A DNA stretch of 64,000 nt from Trichoplax sp. H2 (lineage: Eukaryota). The notes below the pieces were generated by a model that saw nothing but the letters and a program-made list of their open reading frames with translations, ran no database searches and was not told where the DNA came from. Positions 53,056 through 64,000 of the stretch are shown here, piece by piece. A program made the position numbers and the translations under genes. The stretch is from the NCBI GenBank assembly GCA_003344405.1, contig NOWV01000015.1, forward strand, positions 558,001 through 622,000. The letters run 5' to 3'. Position 1 is the first letter of the stretch, and the number at the start of each line of letters is the position of its first letter.

Positions 53056-56000
53056 ATGAAAAGTTATGAGCTCAAAGCTGTCATTGATAAATGGCAGGAT
53101 CTGCTAACGATAATATCGGTAGATGATATGATAGCGTATATGATGCGAAAGGAATTGTATGATGTTTGCCAGTGGTTTGAACGCATGACTTCTAGAAACA
53201 AGTCGAAGAATCGACAAATTTATAAAAAGGAGAAAATATTGGAATGCTTCACTGGTCTTGAACTGCCTAATGCATTTGATCTTTTAATCGATGCATTATC
53301 AACAACTAATGGACCAGATTCAACGCCTATTATTGATTCTCTCCTTCAACGACAGTGTCAATTGGCACCAACTAATAGTACTGATCTTGATAGAAAAGGT
53401 AAAGTCGCTATTTTTTAATAAAGGTTTTAGGAATACACCCTTCCATAATTAATTACAATAATCGTTGATATTATTAATAAATAACTTTTCTATAATGGTA
53501 ATAAGATTGAGATAAAAAATTTTATTCGATTGCATGGAGTGCAATTTCTATTTTTACAAATTAATCTTTGCAATACTGCATATTAACTGTACTATACAAT
53601 GGGTGCAAATTTTTTACTGACAAAATATACTTTTAATTTTTATTTTTGTAGCTTTAACTATAAATGCATTTATTCCTCCCTTACCTAACTGTTACGTAAC
53701 AAATTTTCAAGCTGAAAATCATATTATTGAAACCCTGCAAGACTTAAAAATTAAGAATTTGAATGGCTGGATTGTCCTCTATGGATCGCAAGGGATTGGT
53801 AAAACTGCTCTTGTAAATCAGTTCGTCCGCAATCAAGCTATGACGGGCGATTACTCTTCAGGAGTAATATGGATATCGTTAGGTAGGTAGATTTACGCTT
53901 TTATATTTCATGTAGTATAATTGAAGTATTGGGATTGTAGGTAACATGATTTTGTGAGATACATAAGAAACTTATAAAAATGTCTATTTTAAGAAGCTTT
54001 GCATGTAAAAATACCTAGAGAACAAGCTAAAATAGTAAATTTTCTATTAGTAATTTAAATAGATGTAATTAAACTATACTTGCAGCATGTAGCCCCTAAA
54101 GATACTTTTATATGATATGAAAGAAATACTGCTTATTATCCAAAACAAACAATTCTCTTACAGGTCAAACTAAGATGAATCAAACGCTAACGGTGATGCA
54201 ACAGCTATTGAAACGATTGAATAGGCAAGAATGCGTTATACCATCTACTATGACAAGTCTTCAAATGAAAATTAGCTCTTTAATAGGTAGAAATTTCGCT
54301 ATGAAATTGATATATAAATAAACAAAGTCATCAATATTTCTAACACTTATTATTTGTTCGTTGTTATTATTGACGGCACTCTCTTTGTAAATGGCCACCA
54401 TGACAGAAAATCAACCCATCAGACCATTTGTAGTATTGGATGATGTACGAGAAGCAAATCAATTGCTGTATCTAAACTTTAATTGTGATACCATTGTCAC
54501 GACTAGAAATGCAAATATCGCTTCAAAGCTTAATCGAGAGAAATGTGTAATACATATAAAAGTTAGTAGATCTGTACACCTTTGACTAATGCACCTGCCG
54601 TATCTTGATGTTCATAATTATTATTTACTCATCTTCGTGCCAATTTGACTACTAGGAATTATTAACTGTAGAGCATTGCAGAAACGTCATGGCATCGACT
54701 GCTAAAATTCCTATTTCAACTTTACCAAAAGCTGTAGATCAATTCATTGAAATTGTGGATCATTCAGCCTTGATCTTAACACTGTTTGGGATTTTAGTAC
54801 AACACGATAAAGATAAATGGAATATATCAGATAACAAATGGTTAAATCAATACCAATCACAGTATGACACTAAAACCATGTTGCACAAGCTTATTGATAT
54901 GCTTTTGAGTAACTTAAACGAGAGCGATCTGAATTTGATTTTAAAACTGGATATATTTGAAGAAAATACCATAATACCTATTAACACGTTATCCATGTAT
55001 TGGGGCGTTAATCAACATTACTGTATTAGCATAATGAATTCTCTGGTTCATCGATTTTTAGCTACTGAAAGCGTCGTAAATACTAAGTAAGTTGAAAAAA
55101 GCATATTTAATTTGCTTATAAATAACAATATACATAATTACTTATTTCTCGAATAATTTTTATGTCAATATCGTAATATCGTTATAGGAATATCGGCTAT
55201 TCTTTAAATGACTATATGGCCGATTATATACGAAGCCGTCACTGCGTCAGCGATGCAAAAGCAAATCATGTTACATTATTAGATTTATACAAGAAGTCTT
55301 GTCAGGGGGACTGGGTTCAGTTAAGAAATGATGATTATATACATGATCATCTCGTTGATCACGTTATTGGCGCAGATGATAAGAAAACTATGAAGGAGTT
55401 GTTAACGAATTTTAAATGGCTACAAATAAGACTCAAAAATAAATCGTCTTATGCTTTATTACATGACTTTATTAAAAGTCGTTCCATTCTTGATTTCGAG
55501 GTATGAGTACTACAGAATTGCAGATTTATGTAACTGATTATACCGTAGTAATTTCATCACTTGCACGTATATATTGTAAGTTGAGATGCTGATGTCTATA
55601 TTTTTGCGTACAAATACAACAGTGTTCTACGTCATATTTTTCAGGAATGGAATCATCTTCATGACTACTGGTATCTTGTACGGGATAGTCATAGTTCCAT
55701 AAATCTATGCCAGGATGGAAGTTTAATTCAGCTAGCATTAAGCAGACCTTGGTGGCGAGATTTTTACAAGGAAGTTGAAAGTAAGGCCATTGAAGATTGC
55801 AAAGAAACAACATTTTTTAAGTGGAAGTAAGCCAGATATTCTTGTGATATCATCTTCGATACTTTAATTAAAGAGTTTCGGCGCCGTCATGCACTATTGA
55901 TTAATCGATCAAGAAGACACTTAAATTTTTCCTTGAATCTAAAATAGTAACTGCTATAACCAGCGAAATGAATTTCAAATCTGTATTGCCACATTGGAAC

Positions 56001-59000
56001 CCACTTCAGAATCTATAACTAGCTCTTGCTTCTCATCAGATGGAACAATGTTAGCTTGTTGCGATAAGATTGGAAATATTATTGTAAGTTGTTCAGTCAA
56101 AAGTTATCCTTGACTTTCTTATAAAAGTGAAAAGTTATATCAACAGTCACATATCCAAAATGTAAATACATTGCTTGTACAGTACTATACATATTACAGA
56201 ACATTCGTAGAATTTCAAAATGGTAACCAATGCTGAGCATTGTACCAATCATATACGTATTGGGTTATCAAAATCTTAACTTGGTATATCGTATACGATA
56301 AATGGTTAATGATTTATTTGTCATTGAATATTTTGCTATGAAAGCCGTTTATTTAATTCTTTAGTAGCTTAAGAACTGATATAATACCCAAAGGTTTTCT
56401 GCTCCCAATTTGATAGCTGCCGAAATTGTTTAATCTGTTATCTAGTATTAAAATCTAACGGTAATCAATCGTAACGTTCTTTCTTAGCGAACTAAATGTC
56501 TTTTTACATTTACATTATTAACTTATAGATATATGATACCATTTTATGGACTCCGTTGTACTCCTTTCATAGTACTAAGGGTAAAATCTCGAATTGTTCC
56601 TTTTCACCCGATTGTCAGAAAATTGCGTTATCTTTTCACTGCGGTAAAACTGAGGTAATTTCCTTGTTCTATCTAGAATAATCCATTCATTCTATAAACG
56701 AAAAATTCGTGTTAACAGCATCTAATCTAACATGAAATATATTCGTCATTATTCAGCAGTTGTCTATACACAGAGTATGACCAATTCAGTTTCTAAGCTT
56801 ATATACGCTCAAATGCCATTTCTATAATATAGGTATGGAACATCAATAACGAAAAAATACTCATCGAACATGGCTATCATACTGCCAAAGTCAATTGGTC
56901 AGAATTTTCTCCAAGTGGACAAGAAGTTGTTTCCTGTTCGGATGATAGGCTGATTATGGTAAAATAGCAAATAAGACTTAATCTCAGTAGCAAGAGTATT
57001 CTGATTTTACGTAATTTATAATATTATGGTATCAATCCAGCTAACCTTGCGACATTTTTAAACGTCTAATATCGTTAGATTTGGAATTCAAATACTGGCA
57101 ATAATATCGTCACCTGTCGTGGTCATAAAAATATGGTTATAGATTGTCATTATTCTAAAGATGGAGGTAGAATTCTTTCCTGTTCATGGGATAAAACAAT
57201 TCAGGTAAGCTCATCTTAGCATATAATATTGGTGATTTTTATGAAGTTAATTTGCAATGGTTGCAATTTAGAGAATTTTTTAGTCTTGTTGTAATAAAGA
57301 ATTGTTTTATAAATCTAATGATTATATGAACCAATATTGTTCTTTCAGATATGGGACACCACATTTGGAACTAGTCTTCTTGTTTGTGCGATAACTGAAG
57401 ATTGGCCCATTTTTTGTTCATTCCTTGATCATGATCAACATATTATGTGCGGATGTGAACATCGAGTTTATATATGGGATTCTAGCACCGGTGACGCTAT
57501 TGATAAGCTTACTAGTACATGCAGAGATAGAGTGTCATTATATGATGTCGCTGCAAATGGCAAAATGGCAGTTCGATGCTTATTTGGTAGTAATTTAGTA
57601 GAGGTAATGCATCCAAACATTATTACTACGTTCAAGTTTTTTTGAAGTTCAGATTTAGATGATTAATATGATCATTATTATAGCATGATATTCATCCTTT
57701 AAGCTATTTATTTCGTAATGTAAGAGTTTCAATGACTTGTATGCAACGTTTTTCTAGGTTATTGATACATCATCCGGTCAAACATCTATTGTAACAGATG
57801 ATGGGCATCACGATTTAATAACGTGTGCAAAAATCTCGCCTAATAGTAAAATTATTGCTACTACGTCTAAGGATACCCTGTTAAAGTTATGGCTAGTTCA
57901 GCCATTCAAAGAAAATATGGAAAAGGCCGATAAGAAGCCTATGCATCTTTTAGATTGCAGTTTTATTGGTAACGTACCACATATTATTTCCGGAGAATAT
58001 GAACAATGGGAAGGACAAGCTATTGAGGTTTTATTTTGGGATACATTTGTTTTTGATTGTGGTACTGACTGTTAAATGTTAATACCTCGATTAAGTTATG
58101 AAACTCATTTTGATATCAAAATATAGTCATTTATAGGTAAGGATGTTCGCTTTGTAAAAGAAACTTGTAAAGAGGATTGGAAATGCGTTAAATGCTGTTC
58201 CTTGTCGCATAATGGAAATCTGCTAGCCGTAGGCTTTGCTTTTGGTAAAGTTAAGGTAAATATATTCATTGTAATTTAAATAATAGATACTGATAGTGGT
58301 AATCGGTATCTATATTAATTAAAGAGTCATTGCTAATAATCTGTACTATAATATGCACGTAAAAAAACATCTCATTTATAATAAACCTGTATATTTCCTG
58401 TTGCAGATGTTACACCACGACAACTTGGAGGTTGACTGGTCAATTAATAATCTACAGTTGCATGTTAACAATTTAACATTCAACTCTACCGACGAGGTTC
58501 TTATGGTATCAATTAGTACAGATCCATTGGACTCTTTAAAGCAATTCAAAATTATTGTATGTTCTCATCAAATATCGAATTAACGCTATATATGTTATCA
58601 ATTTTGTTTATTTTCATACCTTACGATAATGTTAGGTTTAAGGCACGTTATGCATTTATATGTGAACTTTATACACTGGATAATATTAGCTACGTAGGGT
58701 ATTTCCTAAACTTTAGTAGCTTGATAAATAAATGTATGAAAATCGACTTTCTTGCTTCTAGATTGTCAATTCTATCAATGGAGATATTGTCAATAAATTT
58801 ATATCTGAAGATCAGATCTGCTTTTATAAATTTTTGGAAAGCTCAAATATCCTACTTATTGGTGCTGCACGTGGAGAAATGCAGGTATATTAAACATTTT
58901 ATTATCAAAACGTTATATCAAGCCTTTTCTATTACGATACGAATATGAAAAGGCGTTAATCTGTGATAAGCGTCAAGCCTTCATAGTTTCTATTTGAGCG

Positions 59001-60079
59001 TAGATGTCTAGTTTATTCGTCGTTATTTTTCTCGATCCTAGGCCTACAATATTTATGAAAATTCCAAATCGATCGACTCATTATCTATACCTGGGAAGAT
59101 TATTCATCACGACTTAGCATTAGATGATGCTGAATGTGCTGTAATACTAGAAGATAAAGATTCCAAGGTATGTACGTGTATACTGCAGGGACTGGTTTTG
59201 TTACGTACATTAGCCCTGCTTATCATCTGTTAAATCAGATATAATGGATATACAGCTACATTTGCTTAACGATAGTTGCTGTGTTGGTATAAACGAGAGT
59301 ATCTATCCAGTAATATGTACTAAGTTAATAACAACCGAGTATTTAGGATCAATACAGTATCTCCGTTAAGGCATTTAACAAGATTTATATAAATAGTAGT
59401 ATTTTTATCTGATTAAGTGCGAATCTTTCTTGAATGCTGTAAATTTTGAGATGATTATTTGAAAGAAATAGGCTTGCTTTTCTTAATATTGCTAACGGAT
59501 TTATTGCAATTACAGGCCTGCATAGTATGGAACTGTGTCAGTTTTAAAATAACTCATACTGTGGATCGTAATACTTGCATTTCGACATGTAAATTCTCAA
59601 CCAAATGTGATAAATTAGCTATAGGCTACGATTATGGAACGTTTAAGGTAATCTGCAGTGCTTGCTATGATACGATATCTTACATTACAGTAACAGTAAA
59701 CGATCATTTAGGTCATTTCTCTATAATGATTTCCTATCGCATATATGTGCGTAAATATCATACTTAGATTTGGGAAACGACTTCATGGACATTATTAACT
59801 AGTTTCGATGGACATCTTGGTTCTATTCAAACATTATACTTTTCAGCAGATGATAAAATCATTCTTACTGGAGGTAAATGTATAACTTGGTGGGATTTAA
59901 CTGAAAATAAAGTAATGCAACAATTTCCATTACAGCACTACGCTAATGTGATTAAATTTAATGACAGTTTACATACTGTAATAATTGATGACGGTGAATA
60001 CCTTTATGTACTATCACATATAACCCCCATTGATCGGATCGGATCGTTCTCGCTGAGACGAAACTTAAGACGAAAATAA
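53056..60079 (+). CDS. APAF1-like protein: N-terminal helical (death-fold-like) domain, NB-ARC, helical domain, WD40 repeats; many exons
   Basis: Walker A GSQGIGKT (53783-53806), IWISLG, Walker B FVVLDDV, sensor VTTRN, YIHDHLVDHV, LLTNFKWLQIRL..ALLHDF, PNIVQLA-like PNLCQDG region, WD40 repeats (FSSDG, HTAKVNWSEFSPSG..SCSDD..IWN, GHKNMVIDCHYSKDG..SCSWDKTIQIWD). Last exon 59768-60079 ends in TAA. Confidence 0.85.
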
Positions 60080-62943
60080 TTTATGAAAGCAACTACATAG
60101 GGAAATCGTAGTAATTTAATTATAACAATTATGAGAAATTTCATTCCTGGAATGTTCAGTAAGTTATCTCTTTTCTGATTATGATAGCTTATTTTCTTAT
60201 GTTATCAATAGTGAGTAGTAATATATGCTCTTATTGTAACATATAGAATGTAGCAATTCTAATATTATTGGATAGTAATATAATATACAATTTACTAAGC
60301 TTTATTTGATTATTGCAAATGATGATAATTGCAATTACGCATACCAGTATAATAAACGCATATGGAGATTTCTAGCACCATTAATTACGTACGGTCATGA
60401 AAAATATCGATATGCCCTTTTCCAGTGGAAAGGCATATGCCATAGCTATTGTAACTTCTTAATTAATTTAACAAGAGTGGTGATAGAAAATTGATTACTT
60501 ATATTGCACACTCTATTTCATCTAGCCTTGTTAGTACTGTTTAATCTTCTAAATCTCCGATATATGATGTTGCATAGAAATTAAAATTGTTGTATTATTG
60601 GAACTTACTCCGTATTAAACTATTGATTATCTGAGATGGAATTAACAGAAAATTTTGTTCTTTCAATTTATCGGTGTAATCATAATTCTATCACATGTCC
60701 TAATTATTTGCAATAGTAAAAATATAGGAATAAAATGATTGGAATTAAAAATACTTCTGTTGATATATCTGGTCATATAAACCTAATTTTCTTTGTTAAC
60801 CACTGGCTTCACGAAGTGTCCTACTGTATAATCCGTCCCTATTTATTGAAATGCAGTAATTTCACAGGCATAAATAATTATTTATACTAAATTATTTGAT
60901 TTTGCTACGGAATTAGAACGTGTACGTACTAAAACGATTTCATGAACCCTATAGCTGAGATTGTGTTATTGATATGCTGCAGCATGTTCAATAGCTCTCT
61001 GACTACTAGTATACGTATATTTTCTGTAATCATGAATTTCAATCACCCCCAATTTATTGAATTTTTTACTATTAATTGGTGAAAATCAATCTGAAAAACA
61101 TTTTTGTTACCCAAACGACATATGCTAGCAATGTCAACGCCAGAGTAGATAATACAAGTATGACTGAGGTTAAAAAGTATAAACTTTGTATAACATCTAA
61201 CACTATAATTTGTACAGAAAAGGCTAGTATGCTATTGTATTACGGTTATTACAAATATAAAACATGAGGTTACTATCGTTACATGATATACATAAATGAA
61301 GTTTTCGTCCTTTGCCCTTGCATCGAATCATAAGATAATTAATTTATGATGTATTCATTCTTATATAATATGGGATAAATTTAATTGTTAGATTCAGTAT
61401 AAACCTGTAGAAAGGTTTGAAATGCGTTGATTTAGGGCAAGTTAAATATATTTTAATTATTCTCTATTGCACCATCAACTAGTGAAGTTGGCTACTATCG
61501 AATGTAGGGTAGCGAGAGCTGAAAATGAACATATGAATATTATGATACAATTTTTACTATTAAATTTAGGCTTAGCGACTTTGTAAGCGGGCAGCTTAGA
61601 AGTAAGATTAATCTTTTGATTCGAAAATTCCTTTCTTTTATTTCAGGCAATCAGGAAAGGAATAATGCTGGTGATTATATTAGCAACCATTTTTCCCATA
61701 AGGTATGATTGAATGCAGTACAAAGTTAAACACCTAAGCTTTCATAATGCCTTAGGCGTCTATTTTAAAGTGTAAGTAAGGATAATTCATCGTCCGTCTA
61801 GTGACTTTTATATACATAAGCAAACTATACAGTTTGCAGTCTGATTACGGTATTTAAGCCGATCGAAAATTTTACAATTTGATATACGTAGTGCAACTAA
61901 ATCACTTATCAACAACGAGATTGTTTGGAGAGGCCTTTTGGCAGCTAAAAATGGGCTAGGAACTAGAAAGATTTTTAAACAAGAAATTATTTACACTATC
62001 CTAATGAGTAGTAAATATTTTATCCAGTAATTAGGACTTAGCGAAATTTTTTATCAACACTGTCGGTAAAGTCTAGAATGTTTAGAACAACCAGCACTAT
62101 ATCCTATTTGGATGTAGCAGTAACAATATCGAAAGATCTTGCTTCTTTTTTGGATATAATGACATAATCGTTTGTTATTCTAATATCGTCACAGAACATG
62201 TTGTCTAGCTTTAATCTTTATTTTTGCCTCCATATATCTACGATTATTTTACGCTTATTTATTTTTAACGGTTACTATTCGATATCGGGATATAACAAGC
62301 CCATAAACACGTTCTAATTGGAGATATTAGACGCGATGGTACGCATTTTAAGTCGTGGTCCACTTGTTTCCTGAGTTTAGAGTTGGTATTCTTGCTGTGC
62401 TTTGCTGTAATTACGCTTTTCTCAGGGATTATTATAACAACTACGATTAAAGGTTTACCGATTGTACTATTAAAATAACTAGCGTCTATCCAGAGATTTT
62501 GTAGTTAGTTTACAAGTATTGTATAAAGTTTAGAAAGGAATGTTTCACCACCGAGCTGTACTTAATTTCGTAATTATATAATGACAAATGTCTCATAAGT
62601 TACCACAATGTTACAATCTAAGTTTACTTTACCCAATTGCACTCTCATGCTAATATAGAAAGAATTATAATTACCTTAAAGAAAAATGAATGCAGAATAG
62701 ATTCACTATCTAGCCATTGAACATCCTCGTACAGAAATACTCTATTTACATAGAAAGGACCTTGCTTTTGGCCTGTAATTCTCCAGTCAAGTCTAGCTAA
62801 ATAGTCAATTTTCATTCAGTAAAGGGCTTTCGAACTCCGATCGCTTTCTGATAGATTCTAAGATTATTCAACCATGATCAGCAACATGCAGCGTTGTATA
62901 ACATAAATCAGTTCGTGTCGCATGGGATTATCATCGGGGCTGT

Positions 62944-63165
62944 ATGCTAATCTTTCTGTTCTTGCACGGTTATTAGGGCTTACCGTAGCAACACCGAGAC
63001 CTGATCAATTCATTAAACTACATTTATTTACGGTAACGTATCTTCCCAAATGCTAATCTTTCTCTTCTTGCACGGTTGTTAGGGCTTACCGTAGCAATAC
63101 CGAGACATGATGATCAATTCATTAAACTACATTTATTTACCGTAACGTATCTTCCCAAATGCTAA
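62944..63165. repeat. Recent two-copy tandem duplication (106 and 109 bp units)
   Basis: atgctaatctttct..cttgcacggtt..tagggcttaccgtagcaa..cttcccaa starts at 62944 and 63050. A third atgctaa at 63159 marks junction microhomology. Confidence 0.95.
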
Positions 63166-64000
63166 GATAGCTAATTGGACGAATTAAAATTTACGATTTT
63201 GCCGATTTATTGGCTTATACTTGCGCCGGCTAAGTGCGAGTTATAGCTACAACGCCATGGATATATGTACCCGTATAGTAATTTGATTAGTGGTTTGTCT
63301 AGTTAAAACTTAAATTATTCGTAACGATTATCAAGGAATAACAGAACCCGGGAATGGAATCCGGAAATCGGATACAGTATAATACCAGATCAGCTTAACA
63401 CTATTTCAGTAATAAATAATTTAATCATCTCCTTAACCAAGTCAAAGTCTATCTTTTGAAAATTTTCGATACAAAGTTATGATTAACCCTTTGTTTCATG
63501 CAGCTCGAATGATATACGACATTTATAACTGGGAATTCCTAAGCAGTATTGTTCGATTATAGTATTGCTATGCAGAGTATTAAATAGTGAAACCCTTATT
63601 TCCGTTGAGCAATCAATCATTGAATAGTAGTTCACGTTTTTGAAGAATTCACGAAAAATTTGAAGTACAGAAATTATTTCGTTGTATTAAAATTAATAAC
63701 TAATAAATGGATCGTATGACAATCACTTCAAAATAGAAATACCTTAACATAGAATTTCACATTAAAATTGATTACATTCCAGGTGCTCGTTGAATAATTT
63801 TTATGAGCTATAAAAGCATGCTAGAAGTAAGCATTTTATATTATATTTGATCAGGGGTAATTTTATAATTTATTAACTTACTTGGAAGAAAGGACTGGGT
63901 AAAATATCCGATGGCATTGCAATTAAATTTATTCTAGATCGTACAATTACAATCAGACAAGCAGCTTGTATCTATTCTCATGGATTGAAATCGTATTGAA

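Noticed and set aside
54288-54406. Apparent non-canonical acceptor in the APAF1-like gene before the ORF at 54391
   Set aside because: A canonical CAG ending at 54406 restores the frame (..LI-E-NQPIRPF).
61648-63830. Possible isolated + strand exons (~61648-61702 and ~63783-63826) with AG/GT borders
   Set aside because: They cannot be joined into a supported ORF. They could belong to a gene continuing beyond the window.
1-64000. tRNA, rRNA, snRNA or snoRNA genes
   Set aside because: I recognised no cloverleaf, box motif pair or conserved RNA sequence by eye. A tRNAscan-SE or Infernal search is needed to exclude them.

Overview
AT-rich, intron-rich, gene-dense eukaryotic DNA with short GT-AG introns and animal-type genes (T-box, APAF1, NELF-A, KANSL3, THOC1, iPGM). 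By inference it comes from an early-branching metazoan, most consistent with a placozoan such as Trichoplax; this is not verified. I built 11 protein-coding gene models by hand: NELFA (-, runs off the left edge), a GT31 beta-1,3-glycosyltransferase (+), a 462-aa protein of three tandem MS4A/CD20-like 4-TM units (-), a divergent T-box gene (+), MFSD10 (+), TM2D2 (-), KANSL3 (-), THOC1 (+), a His-brace/EGF/2xDOMON surface protein with a 1-nt frameshift (-), iPGM (+), UBLCP1 (-), plus a twelfth, APAF1-like NB-ARC/WD40 gene (+). The most interesting candidate system is the gene at 36428-38765. It joins an LPMO-like N-terminal-His copper domain to two Met/His heme-type DOMON domains and a GPI-like tail, which resembles a single-chain version of the fungal LPMO plus CDH-cytochrome pair. 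Other observations are the internally triplicated tetraspan protein (three identical-length 57-nt exons), TACAGTAC-rich clusters upstream of most genes, several MITE-like inverted repeats, degenerate minisatellites, and a duplicated segment beside a 20-N gap. I found no tRNA, rRNA or CRISPR array. All homology calls come from recognising motifs, not from database searches.
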